The notes beneath the pieces were generated by a model. It did not search any database. It was given only the letters and a program-made list of their open reading frames with translations, and was not told the DNA's origin. A stretch of 63,575 nt of DNA, filler included, from Chiloscyllium plagiosum (lineage: Eukaryota), in assembly GCF_004010195.1 (NCBI RefSeq). It is 5 parts of one record of this genome, joined end to end, with 100 filler letters (N's around TTAATTAATTAA, not from the genome) between each part and the next. Parts side by side here need not be neighbours in the genome. Positions count along the whole stretch, not along the records: positions 24,219 to 49,836 come from NC_057714.1; 4 more parts are not named here. The stretch is one strand, 5' to 3'. Positions 25,640 to 38,603 of the stretch are shown here, in pieces. Every line of letters begins with the position of its first letter. The first letter of the stretch is position 1. The translations under genes were made by a program, and so were the position numbers.

Positions 25640-26728
25640 TGTAGGACATAGAGCTGCACGGCATCATACATGCCGACTAGACATCCTAGGTTAATTTAGT
25701 TCCATTTTCCACTTTCTATTTGACCCATATCCCTCCAAAGCCTTCCTATTCATATATCCATCCAGATGCCTTTTGAATGTTATAAATGTACCAGCCTCCA
25801 CCACTTCCTCTGGCAGCTCATTCCATACTCGCACTACCCTCTGCATGGAAAATGTTGTCCCGAGTTCCTTTTAAATCTTTCTCCTCTCATCTTAAATCTG
25901 TGCCCTCAAGCTTTGGACTACCACACCCTGGGGAAAAGACCTCGGTTATTCACCCTATCCATGCCCATCATGATTTTACAAACCTCTATAAGGTCATCCC
26001 TCAGCCTCCAATGCTCCAGGGAAAACAGCCCCAGCTTATTCAGACTCTCTGCACAGCTCAAACTCTCTAACCCTGGAAACATCCTTGTAAGTCTTTTCTG
26101 AACCCTTTCAAGTTTCACAACATCGTTCCTATAGCAGGGAGACCAGAATTGAATGCAATGGTCCAAACCAGGTCTGACCAAAGTCCTGTACAGCTGCAAC
26201 ATGACCTCCCAGCTCCTATACTCAATGCACTGACCAATAAAGGCAAGAATGCAAATGCCTTCTTCACTATCCTGTCTACCTGTCACTCCACTTTCAAGAA
26301 ACCATGAACCTGTTCACCAATGTCTCTCTGTTCGGCAATAGACCCCAAGATCCTATCATTAGGTATATAAGTCCCCTCTGATTTGCAGCACCTCACATTT
26401 GCCTTCCTTGGCCCATTGGCCCATCTGATTAAGGTCCATTGTACTCTGAGGTAACATTCTTCACTGCCCAGACCTCCAATTTTAATGTCATCTGCAAACT
26501 TACTAACCATACCTCCTTTGTTCATATCCAAATCATTTGTATAAATGATGAAAAGCAGTGGACCCAGCACCAATCCTTGTGGCACATCACTGGTCAGAGG
26601 CCTCCAATCTGAAAAGCAACCCTCCACCACCATCCTCTGTCTTCTACTATCGAGCCAGTTCTGTATCCAAATAGTAAGTTCTCCCTGTATTCCATGAGAT
26701 CTAACCTTGCTAACTAGTTGACCATGAG
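25640..26728 (-). mobile_element. 5'-truncated CR1 LINE
   Basis: WRPLTSDVPQGLVLGPLLF..SKFADD; LYRTLVRP..QFWSP. Confidence 0.9.
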
Positions 26729-27357
26729 TATGCAGTATTCAAAATCCTAATCAATTGTAATATCACCTGTGTTACAGACAAATGGATAATATAGATATAT
26801 TTTTCAGTACGGCTGTGATTAATATTCTTAAACATAATGAGCTGGGGCCATAGCATATTTACTTTCAGTAGAACAGATCCCTATGGTTAGATCCCAGTTA
26901 TATTTTTATCTGTCAAAATTTGGTTTTGATGACAAAGCATTTTTCAATTAATTAGCTCATTTCTTTTGATTCATTGGACCATTAGTTTCTTTGCTACTTG
27001 CCGTATACTAGGAATTTAGTTTCATATTTCATTATGACACCAATTTTGCCTCAGAATCTTGTAAAGCTGTTGAACAATACATGTATTCAGCTGTTGTGCC
27101 ACCTGTAGACAGGGCCCCCCTCTGTTGTCCCAATCCTACTCAGCCCCCTCTCTCAGCTTCTTTGCTGTTAAACTAATGAGTAGATTGATGCTGTTTTCTG
27201 CTCTTTTCTGGAGCTGGAAATTTTCATCAGCTTTGCTTCCTTTCCATTCTTCACTGTCCATACCCATCTATCACTGAGACTTCCCTTTTCTTCCCAGTTT
27301 TCTCTTCCACCATTTCTGAGAATAGGCCATCTACAAATATTCATCCCACATCCACCT

Positions 27358-28400
27358 GAGTTAAAAATCACACAACACTCCAAAAGCTATTGCTTCCAAA
27401 TAAGCCTGTTGAACTATAACCTGGTGTTGTGTGATTTTTAACTTTGTAAACCCCTGTCCAACACTGACACCTCTAAATCATCACATCCATCTGATTACAC
27501 TTCATCACACCGTAACTCCTTTAATGATTGCTTTCCATTCTCAGTTTCCCCATCTTTATTCTTAGATGCAACTATTGACAACAGTGCTTCTGATAAGTTT
27601 CCCTTTTACTTCAGCTCAGGAAATCTCCCTTCACCTCCCATTGTGATTAACAGATGTTTGAGCAGTTTCCCACAGTTTTGCTTTCATGCATTTCCCTCCC
27701 TTCCAGATCGACAAAAGGATTTCCCTTGTCCTCACATGCCCCCCAACAGCTTCTATGTTGCAAGGATCACACTGCACCATTTTCAACATCTTCTGCGTAA
27801 TACCACACTACACTACACATATCTTCCACTCCCCTCCTCTGTCATCACTCTGACACAACCATTCACTCCATAATATGTTCCTCAATCATCTTCAACAGAG
27901 TCTCCTCTTTGTATGACTACTTCTCATACAATCACAGGAGGTGTAACAACTGCCTCTCTCCTCTCTGTCCAAGGCCATAAACACTCCTTCCACGTGAGTT
28001 ACTTGTACTTTAAAAAAAATTATATGCTGTACTTGCTGTTCACAATGTGGTCTCCTTGACGCTGGGGTGACTACTGTTTGGAACATTGGCTCACATGACA
28101 TGACTCCCAGCTTCTGACTGCTTGCCATTTTCTTTCACCAGTTTGCCTTCATGCTCACATTTCTGCCCTTGGTCTGTTGCAGCGTTCCAATATAATCCAG
28201 GCCAAGCATTTACTGGTTCTGCATTTTAAAGCCTTCTGGACTCAACATTGAGCTGATCGTTTCAGACCATGAACATTGCACCTCACTTGGATTCCCGTTC
28301 TTTGTCATCTCCCTATTCAAAACTTGTTTCTTCATGTTTTTTTGCAATCAGCAGAGCTGCTCATTACTGAACGTTTCATTCTCACTCTATTACCTATTTA
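27358..28400 (+). mobile_element. PLE fold-back terminal (27358-27480) plus highly degraded PLE ORF remnant
   Basis: GTTAAAAATCACACAACAC / GTGTTGTGTGATTTTTAAC inverted; C-S-Q-C-G-L-L-like codons near 28035-28057. Confidence 0.5.
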
Positions 28401-28945
28401 ACGCCTTTGCTTTAACTGAAGCCTATGAGGAAATGGCTCACCAATAGTGATATGCTGGTAGTTTAATAATCCATTGAGTAGCATACACTTCATATAGACC
28501 TCGCATGGGTTTTCTTCCTGAATGCTCCTAACTGGTAAACTTATTTGGGTAGTAGGTTCATTGTATTTGCATATTGTGTGTATTTGTCATATGTACTGAG
28601 TTTTGGACTTCAATGATTGGCGTTGCAATCAAGTAGCTATTTTGTCCTTGTTGATAGTATTGGAGGAGCTGCATTCATCCAGGCAAATATCTGTATTCCA
28701 TCACGTTCCTAATTTGGACTTGCCAATAGTGGACAAGCTTTGAGTAGTTCAGGAGGTGAGTTACTTGCTGCAGACTCCATCAGCTTTCTACAAAGGGTGT
28801 AGGGGCAGAAATGTTCACCCAGGCAATGGAACTGAAGTGCCACATGCAGATTCACTACTTACTCCAGGGGTCAATTTTTGCTTTTCTTGAGAGCTACCTT
28901 TTGATATTCAGGGAATACTTTTCACCCAATTTTACAGATTACGAA

Positions 28946-29264
28946 TAGATTAGATTGCTTACAGTGTGGAAACAGACCTTTCGGCCCAACGAGTCCACAA
29001 CGACCCTCCAAAGAGCAACCCACCCAGACCCATTCCCCTATGTTTACCCCTTCATCTAACACTATGGGCAATTCAGCATGGCCAATTCACCTTATCTGCA
29101 CATTTTTGGACTATGGGAGGAAACCAGAGCACCTGGAGGAAACCCACGCAGACACAGGGAGAATGTGCAAACTCCACACAGACAGTTGCCTGAGGCAGGA
29201 ATTGAACCCAGGTCTCTGGCGCTATGAGGCAGCAGTGCTAACCACTGTGCCACCGTGCTGCCCA
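28946..29264 (-). mobile_element. tRNA-derived SINE (HE1-like)
   Basis: Family consensus motifs in reverse. Confidence 0.92.
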
Positions 29265-30263
29265 CATGCCCACTAACTGAGAATGATTAGGTGATGCATC
29301 ACAAGTAATAATACCTTCTGTGTTTACGTGACAGTTCGAGTATTTGGACTTACACACAAATAGTATCAGAAGAACTCATCAGTATCCTCAGTAATAATCA
29401 AATCTCCATTAACCTTCAAGCGAAAACACACAAGAAAAGCATTCAAATCCTTGCTGCCTCAGTACTTAATTTGGTACATGATAATAGGCATACGTTAGAA
29501 ACAAATTATTTTTAGAATCATGCACATTTCTACATATTAGAAGTGATTTCCCTAAACAAATCTTCCATAGACTGGTGAGGTCACAGTTAATATGTTTCCA
29601 TCACACATGCAACAAACCCTGAATATTTTAGCCAGGCAGTTACTACCTACTTAATTGTATTCCAGATTTTAATCTTAGATTTAAACATAATAATTACCGC
29701 AATGTTCAGAATCATCTACATTTTTTTCCAAGCATTATAGTTCCTGAACCAACATAGCCTTAAACTAAAGATTCCACTTTAATTTACAAGGAATTCATTA
29801 CCTCAGTGAGGTTTAAAATTTCTCCGATCCTTATTAGTTGAGTATTGTTTTTGTTGACAGGTTTAAAACTGCTATCTTCGCATTGCAGTCACCCTATCTG
29901 CCCTTGCAGTTTTCCTCCCACCACAATCTTGCCACCTGCTTCTCCCCCAAGCCTTCTTGTCCCTCCACATCCATCTTGCAGTTCACCATATTCTATCCCA
30001 CAGCATCCATTATGCAGACTCCTTCTCTCCACAAATGTCTTGTAGCCACCTCCACACTTGTCCAAGGTGCTCCCACCCGACGCCCTGTAGACAGAATTCC
30101 TGGATCCAATAAAAGGATCCCAATCCTAGCCTCGGCAAAAGGCGGCCCTGATTCTGGCATTGTTTAAAGGTGCTGCACATCCTGGCCTTGGTTAAAAATG
30201 GCTCCCAGTGACTGTCTCACTACCATCATTTGTTTTCCCATCTGCCTGCTGCTCTTTCATTCT

Positions 30264-30460
30264 CTGTTGGAGACAAACAAAAACTGTAGGTGCTGGAATC
30301 CAAAGTAGACATGCAGGATGCTGGAGGAACACAGCAAGCCAGGCAGCATCAGGAGGTGGAGAAGTCGACGTTTCGGGATAAGGGTTATACCAAAACGTTG
30401 ACTTCTCCACCTTATGATGCTGCCTGGCTTGTTGTGGGGTTCCTCCAGCTTCCTGCTTGT
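30264..30460. mobile_element. PLE-derived fold-back element with 18-bp TSD
   Basis: Inverted arms meet at half-hammerheads (GTCGACGTTTCG...CAAAACGTTGAC); CTGCTGCTCTTTCATTCT at 30246-30263 and 30461-30478. Confidence 0.8.
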
Positions 30461-30769
30461 CTGCTGCTCTTTCATTCTTTGACACAGATCAAGACAGGTT
30501 GCTTGTCCTCAATGTTTGTCGTTGATTGGAGCATGAGTGAACCTATCAGTTGGAGAGAAATGTCCTGTGATTGGACAGCAGCTCCTCATGAGTTATCTTG
30601 CCCCATGGGTGGATTGTCCTGGGCAATTTGGGGACTGTTGAGAAGTGGGATTCATCCAATATCCTGGTGCCTTTTCAGTTTTGACTCACACCCTTAGTTC
30701 ACACTGACAAATATTGCTGGAAACAAAACTGGGGCTTCAGAATCCCACTTGCTATTTGAAAGTCCATTT

Positions 30770-31640
30770 GCTTTTGTTCTGTCACAGACAGACACATGAG
30801 CATCCAACCTTGAGCTTCTGAAACAAGTGTTTTACTTTGAGCTAAACGTTTGCGCAGTAAGTAGAAGAAATAATATAAAACACTTTGAAATTTAACATCA
30901 ACGTTTATGAGACGATGCGCTAGATATTCTTCATCTCAGGGAAAGTGATACTGTTGTGCAATGTCTCAATGCCGATTATACCTTTAAGGGACAGGTTTAT
31001 GCTGTCATCACCATATCATGCTGGCATGTGATCTGATTGTGTAAAGCTCTCCACTTCCCTCTTACTGAGCTCAGTCCTCTTGCAATAGGACATGCTGAGG
31101 AAAATGTGCTGCAGCACATTGGAATTACTGAGCTGAACACAGACATGCAAGCAGCTGTAAATGTAGTGTACATAAGTAAATACCAAGGGCCCCGAAATAA
31201 AAGTTCATTGAATTCTTCAGTATTTACATGACCCACATCTTACCCTTATGTTACAGGAGCTTACAAAAGTATATCACACCCAAGCATGTAAATAGTGGGA
31301 GAAAGAGAAATTGAGAAAATTGCAGAACCATATAATGCCTGCAGCAACAACCAGACTTCAAAGAGATCATGCTGCATGCAACCAATGGACCATGACCTGT
31401 GGATTCTGAATTGAGCTCATTAGTTACAAGCAGATGCACCAGAGGGACCTGACATCATTCTGATGATCCAGCGATCTGTATGACAGGGGACAGTGCAGAG
31501 GCGCTACTGCAATACCATATGTGGTTTGATGGATTTGTTTTGCACTTGTTGACACTGATCCTGAGCCTGACTTGAGTTCAATGCACACATTCAATTTGCT
31601 CTCACGCAGTCCATAGCACCTGAGTCATTACAGACCTAGT
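30770..31640. promoter_or_regulatory. Repeat-free island, candidate conserved enhancer
   Basis: TGACAG (31481) near TGATGGAT (31527), more CTGTCA sites, TGAGTCA (31621); motif evidence only. Confidence 0.25.
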
Positions 31641-32289
31641 GAATACATGCTTTGTGTTGTTTACTCTGCTCCTGTTTTGAAGATGTAGCTAATTAAAGCA
31701 TATTTCACATTCTGAAGCATTTAAAAATATATTTTTGCACCAAGAAGTGATATTCTAATCTAATCTTTGCAGTGTTAGTGTCACCATCTGACTGACACAT
31801 TCAGCAAACTCCAAAACAGTCATAGATGAGTTTCTTTTTACAATCAGTGCTGTGCTGTCTAGTATCTTGAAACACACATTTCCTTATCATCTCTTATATT
31901 GCTGTTTTATTTGAAATTTTTAACATTATAGATTAAAATTTGTAATATGCGTTCGCTTTACTTAGGCTTCCACAGTATTTCAAGCAAGCAGTGGTTTCAG
32001 CCTGCACATTACAGTGTAGAGGTCTAATTATGCAGGCATGCCCTTTATGAACTTACAGGAATGCAAGTGGCATTTACCAGCGTAGCTGCAGTGATCCAAA
32101 GGCACACCACAGATTTTGCTCTTTCTCTGTTTGATCTCTGGTCACAAGTGAAATAGTAACATTTGCAACAAAGATAACACTACAGATGACGAACCATACA
32201 ATAGAATAGAAAGTGCTCGAATCCAGAAAACATTTGCATCATTTACCTTTATTAGAGCGGTAAATTACAATTCAGTGATCCAGTGTCAC

Positions 32290-32500
32290 CTCTACCCGGT
32301 GTTAGAACTTGTATCTCTGAATTAAAGATGTCTGGGTTCAAGACATACTAGCGTGCCATACAAAATGTAGATTGGTTTACCTCAGTGTGGTAGTGAGGGA
32401 ATTTTACTTTTTCAACTGTATCATTTTAGGAGAAATGAGTCCCCATCTCCTGCTTATACAAATATAAGAAATCTGATGTCGCCTGTTGAAGAAAAATGGG
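32290..32500 (+). mobile_element. Very degraded Deu-domain SINE 5' part
   Basis: GGGTTCAAGAC..CTCAGTGTGGTAGTGAGGGA similar to the 35600 copy. Confidence 0.4.
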
Positions 32501-32629
32501 TTAGGTTGCAAGGGTAGGTTGCATATAAACATGCCTCATATTCTCTTGAGTCCAGAAAGCTGACAGCTAGGTGATTCAATGGAGCTACTTAAATGATAAA
32601 GGGATTCTAAGTTTTGCTGTTAGGACATA

Positions 32630-32945
32630 GGGCGGAGCAGTGGGCTCATAGGTTAGCACTGCTGTGTCACAGAGCCAGGTATCAGGTTTGATTCCACCCT
32701 TGCCTACTTGTCTGCGTGCAGTTTGCACACTCACCCTATGTCTGTGTAGGTTAGGTGGATTGGCTGTGCTAAATCGCCCATACTGTTCAGGGGATATGCA
32801 GGCTAGCTGGAGTAGCATGGGAAATGCAGGATTACAGGGATTGGGTAGAACAGTGGATCTGGGTGGATGCTTTATGTAGGGACGGTGTGGATTTGATGGG
32901 TTGAATGGCCTACTTCCACACTGTAGAAATTCTATGATTCTATGA
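32630..32945 (+). mobile_element. Older tRNA-derived SINE (HE1-like)
   Basis: Degenerate head, GGCCTACTTCCACACTGTAG, CTATGATT tail. Confidence 0.8.
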
Positions 32946-33669
32946 CATGGGTTGATACAGTGTCATAACCAAGAATTACCCATCAACAAACATTAGAATC
33001 AGAGAGCACTGGAGGTCATTCAGTCCACCATGCTTGTACTTTCTACTGAAAGAGCTTTCCAATTAATCTTGTTCCCCTTTTGTTTCTCCATAGTCCTAAT
33101 TTGTATCCTATTACCTCTATAAGTATTTCACCTGGCCAATCATTTCATTGTTGTTTATGCAATGTTGTTATGTGTCAAACGTTTGTCACAATCATCTGCA
33201 CAACAGCAGTAACTCTACCTCAAGATAATTCATTAGCTTTAACGCTTGCAAAATCCAGAGAATGTGAAAGGTGCAACATGAATATGAATCTTTCATGTTA
33301 ACTTTCAAAGATGGATGCAAATGGTGGATTTACTGGTCTCATATATTTTAATGAAATACTTATTTACCTTTCCATATATGTGATTTTCTTTTACATTAAT
33401 TGTCAATGGACACACTTCAGAGTATACTGGCAGGAAATATGGATCTGAAAATAGGACAAGGCATGTTGTAATTGAAGCCCTAGAGAAGTCAGCAAGTTCC
33501 ATTTTCTTGGTCCTTGCCCATCTTTCACTGTCAGAATGATTCCTGCTGATTAAATAGTTTAAATAAGCCACCTTTATCCACTGCTGCATGTAAGACTTGG
33601 TTAAGGCATAACATTATAGACACAAAATACAAAAGACACTAATCAAAATCTGATATAAACAAAATCAGA

Positions 33670-34585
33670 GGACAGAGTCTTATGGGGAAATAAGTGACAT
33701 GGGCTTTAATGAGATTTGTGACAGAATTGGATGAGAAGTCTGTCAAGCATCTTGCTGCCTCTTTAATGCATTTGTGAAGTGGCACAGGGAGCTTCTCTCT
33801 AGGTAGCAGTGAGTTGCCAATTAGGGGGGATGAATGCTTGTTCAACACCTTATTAACAGCACAAATTGCCTCTTTAATATTCAGCTTCAAATCTTACCAA
33901 ATGCACCAAACAAGCTAGACATCAAGAGAGTGGCAGCCAGACCAGCTACCTGCCAGATTCAGCTTGCTGCACACTCAAAAGAATCTCCAGGCTGGACACA
34001 GGGCACCAACATCGCAGGGTATGAACCTTACCTGCTGGCCATGTACACAGCATGTCCATGGGCATTAACATATGACATGTGCCAACAGTTAACAATCCTC
34101 ATAGCACATCTCCAATCCACTTACAGGATGCTGCAGAATTTCAATGCTGCACCTCAGGCTGCACTATCATTATAAAGCTGCAGCTGGAACACTGTGCACT
34201 CAGGGAGATGGACCCAGCTCTTAGACTGTACCATCAGTATCTCCAGCCTGATCGCTTGCTCCATTGTGGTCCTACACTTTGAGTCTACTTGAGTCTATCT
34301 TGCCTTGCCTTTTTGCACCTTCGTTCTCAGCTCGGAATATTAAGCTCACAGTACTGCTGTACAGCCATGACATTTAGCAGAAGTACAAAGCTAGGAGCAT
34401 TGTCATGGTTGTCAGCAGTCTCCCTACTGTGCGTTCCTCCAGCCGTCTAAGACTGCACTGACCTGGGTGACAACCTCAGACAAGGCTGGCATGATCTGGT
34501 ATCATGGCCAACACTGCTGGTACCCGGGGAGGAGTAAGTCCTTGACACAACTCATGCTGTCCCAAAAAAATGTAAGGCTCAGCCC
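33670..34585 (-). mobile_element. Internally deleted PIF/Harbinger-like element, same family as 11121-12824
   Basis: Minus LLLPGYQQCWP*YQIMPALSEVVTQVSAV; CAGCTTGCTGCACACTCAAAAG..GGACACAGGGCACC matches the reverse complement of 12470-12530. Confidence 0.55.
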
Positions 34586-35599
34586 AGAATTCTTGGAAAT
34601 TTACATCAGACCTTTCAGGAAAGATAAAATAAATGACCATTTTACCTAAGTGCCACTCTCATGTACATTCCAGATGAAAAATAGTCCTCTCCCTTTAAAG
34701 GTACTGACAGATCTGCTGTATATTTACAGCATTTTCTGTTTTCATTTCAGGCTTGAGCATTTTCAGTGTATTTTTTACAGTGGCATCTGAAAGAGACAGA
34801 TAGATTAACATTGCGGGTGGGAGCATTCATCACAACTGAAGTTTGAGCCTCTGCCAGTGTAACCATGGCAACGTCTGCACAATGATTCGCTTTAACGATT
34901 CTGTCGCAGCATGAAAATATAACACAGATGATGTCAGGACCTGTCCACCCTTTAGCCCTGTGGGGTGCTAGGTCTCTGTCACAGGAAAGCATCACCATAT
35001 TCAATTAAAAACACTTCATGTCTAATTTTTAAAGTGACATAGGTCTAGCAGCTGAAAAATCCAATTTATTTCTTTTGTAGCTGTTTATTATTGGTTGTTT
35101 TATTTATATATTCTGATAAGTGATCTATGCCCAAAGCAATAACCTGTCTTTTCTGTTTTCAAATTGTATTGTGATTTAAGAGTATATTTCTGGCACTTCC
35201 TGGGTTTTTTTTCAATGTCCACACTTATGGGCTTTTATTAATTTTTGAGGTAGCTTTTGCCAATACGTGTTTCAGCAGTCAAGCAAATGACTCCAGTGTT
35301 AATATCAAATATATTGATAATGGATTATTAAAGATTTTTAATCCAGTAAAGCGCTCCTGTGAAGAGTGAAGGGGAAATCACTGGATTCCTGTTAATTAAC
35401 TATCAGTGACCTTTTCTGAAAAGGCCTTACATATGAATGTCAAGTCTGAACATATTCAAACTTAGCTGTGATTCCCCAGGAGTGGACAGCAGGCCTGAAT
35501 ATTTTTCAGATATTCTTCTGATTTTTGTCGTGACTTCAGCTGGAGATTCTGGGAATGATCCCGGACGAATATGTAAACAAAGACCATTAAATCTGTTCA

Positions 35600-35930
35600 T
35601 GTTTTAGCTGTGGTTTAGTTGTATCATTTTTGCTTTTGAATCTGGTAGGTTTAAATGCCCACTTCAAGGAGCTGAGCATATAATCTAATCCGCTTTGATA
35701 TTTCAGTGCAGAGCTGATGGAGTGCTGCGCTGCTGCAGGTGCTGTCTTTCAATGAAACATTAAACCAAGGCCCTGCCTGCTCCCTGTGAATCCAAGGGCT
35801 CTATTTAAAGCAGAGTGGGGATATCTATCGATACCTGTGCAATATTTGTTACACAGCCACCACTTAAAAAAAGAGATTATTTCATTGCTGCTTGCAGGAA
35901 ATTGCTGTACACAAATTGGCTGCTGCAGTC
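35600..35930 (+). mobile_element. Ancient Deu-domain SINE
   Basis: CAGTGCAGAGCTGATGGAGTGCTGC..GGTGCTGTCTTTCAATGAAACATTAAACCAAGGCCC..CAAATTGGCTGCTGC. Confidence 0.65.
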
Positions 35931-36036
35931 ATCAATGTAGCGGAGGAAGAGGTGGGGAGTGGTGCCGGTGTAATTACGGAAGATCAACTGCCTTCCACAT
36001 CCATCAAAGTTTTACCTGCACATCCACTAATATCAT

Positions 36037-36178
36037 AAATTGTCCATAGTGTTAGGTGCATTAGTCAGGGGTAAATGTAGGGGAATGAGTCTGGGTAGGT
36101 TATTCTTCGGAGGGTCGGTGTGGACTTGTTGGGCCGAAGGGCCTGTTTCCCACACTGTAAGGAATCTAATCTAATCTA
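36037..36178 (+). mobile_element. SINE 3' half (HE1-like)
   Basis: GGACTTGTTGGGCCGAAGGGCCTGTTTCC + (AATCT)n. Confidence 0.85.
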
Positions 36179-37354
36179 AATGAGGACAGAAAGGCAGTGT
36201 ACAGGGAGAGATGATGAGTGTGACATTGTGAAACCTGAAAGAAAAAGGAAAGGGCGGATGTCTTGGTCATACACGGACTGTAATGTAGGGCATGGCTTAA
36301 GGGTGGTAGACAATAAGGGAGTGAGATTCAATCATTGTGCTTCTTGGGTGCTGGCACTGTGATTGCAACACTTATCTACCAGACTCATTTCCATCATTGC
36401 TGTGTGGCCCTGAGTTGCCTTAAATGACCATGAACTCCATTTCGGTGCTATCATCCCCTGCAACTCCAGGGATCTGAATAGTTTGTGTGAAGAAATGATA
36501 TGGTTCAGTTGGCTTTCCTTTCTAAAGGCAATTTCCCTTTAAAAGGGTGATTCCACCAATCTACTGCAGGTTGCTGGATTTTAGTGTGCTGTGAGAGTCA
36601 CAGCTCTGTGAGCAGCCATTTAAACACCCCTGACCTACAGACATAGGAAGAAAAAAGTTCTTTTCCACTCTGAATTCAGCCAGTCAGCTACTGTCTAAAG
36701 CACTTGTAGCAAAAGAATTTGAATTGGCCTATAAGGCCAGCAATCAACTGTTCAACTGCCAAGTACTGGTAACAACCACTGCAATGGCCAGTTTTCAGCT
36801 ATCCACTCTTGATGCACAATTCAGAATCTGACCTGTCAACTTATTAACCTTTTGTCTTTTTAGACTCAACACATTTTCAAATCTCTCTATATGTATGTTG
36901 TGCTATTGTTTCTTCTCACATTTAATAATCAATTAACTCATCTTTTTGTTAATTTGAGATAGCCCAGTTAACTTAGTTGCTTTGAAAATATAAACCATAG
37001 GGTCTGGGAGAAAGGCATCACAGAATCCCTACAGTGTGGAAGCAGGCCTTTGACTCTGTGCTGCCCGTCTGAAGAGCATCCCACTCAGGCCCAATGTCCG
37101 ACCCTATCCCTGAAATCCTGCATTTCCCATGGCTAATCCACCTGATCTACACATCTTTGGACTGAAGGGGATCTCAAGTGGAACTGTAGTGGGTGGGAAA
37201 CCTCAGCTTAGAATAAGTCATAGCAACAGTTTGTGCCAGTGAAAATCAGCAGCCTTCTCCGAAGCATGCCGCTGTTAATGGATTCCCACTGTATGGGAAC
37301 AGTAGGGCAGGTAAAGGCATCTGCAAACAGGCACTAAGATGATGTTTGAAATAC

Positions 37355-38030
37355 AGAATTGCACAATATTTGCAATACAGACTGAGGCCCTTTGGCCATT
37401 CAATTCTGTGTTTGATCTCTGATAGAGTGACTTGCTAGTTCCACTCTCCTGTCCTTTTTTGTAGCCCTGAATTTTATTCCCTCTAAGGTGATTTTCCAAG
37501 TTATTTTGAAAGCACTGATTGGATCTGCCTTCACCACAGTCTCAGATAGTGTGTTCCAGATCCTAATCATGCACTGTGTAAAAAAAGCTGGTCTTGTACC
37601 AATGTTGGTTACGTTGCCAACACCGTAAAAGAATTCCTCAGGTTCCCGATCCTTCTCCCAATGAGCACAGTTACCCTCGCTTTACATCCTCTAGACCCCT
37701 GATGCTTTTGAACATCTCTATCAAATCTCACCTTAACTTTCTCTAAGGAGGACAACTCCAGATTCCCAATCAATCTGTGCAACTGAAGCCCCTCATTCCT
37801 GGAGCCATTCTTGGAGATCTTTCTAGTGCTCTGTCAAAAGTCTTCACATTCTTCCTAAAGTATGGTGCTCAAAATTGGAGACATTGCTCCAATACAGCCC
37901 AAATAGAGCCCAAATAGAGCAAAGATTTGTCGTAGCTTCTTTGTAATGGTGCATTATACATAGATACATGCCTCTTTAACCACCTTCTCCACCCACTCTG
38001 CCATCTTCGGCAAACTGTGCTCATATGCCT
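37355..38030 (-). mobile_element. Old CR1 3' fragment (a SINE 3' half lies nearby at 37021-37165)
   Basis: Degenerate CR1 3' UTR and ORF2 end in reverse. Confidence 0.6.
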
Positions 38031-38257
38031 CGGATATATCAGCAGCAAAGGACAACACTAGCAATGAGTCTAAGGCCTATGTGACTTAATGGGATACAAA
38101 ATGGAACAAAACAAATTAGAAGATAAAAACACATCCCTCCCTGATGCACTGAATGCTTTTTACACTCGGAAGACCAGTGGCATGGTGTCACCTAGCCTGA
38201 TGTTCCCTCAGTCACCAATGCAGATGTCAGTTCAGCCTTCTTGTGAGTGAACCCAAG

Positions 38258-38603
38258 GGACAGCATGGTGGCTCAGTGGTTAGCACTGCTGCTTCACAGC
38301 GCCAGGGACCCGGGTTTGATTCCAGCCATGGACGACTGTGTGCAGTTTGCACATTCGCCCTGTGTCTGCATGGGTTTCCTTTGGGTGCTCCGGTTTCCTC
38401 CCACAATCCAAAGATGTGCTGGTCAGGGGAATTAGCCATGCAAAATTGCCCATACTGTTCAGGGATGTGTAGGTTAGGTGCATTAGTCAGGGGTAAATGT
38501 AGACTAATAGAGTAGGGGGAATGAATCTAGGCGGGTTACTCTTCAGAAGGGCGGTGTGGACTTGTTGGGTCAAATGGCCTGTTTCCACACTGTAGGCATT
38601 CTA
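38258..38603 (+). mobile_element. tRNA-derived SINE (HE1-like) in Rex1
   Basis: A/B boxes and shared tail. Confidence 0.88.

Noticed and set aside
31459..31570. Possible C/D-box snoRNA (TGATGA ... CTGA)
   Set aside because: Box C lacks the purine, there is no terminal stem, and I see no recognisable rRNA guide.
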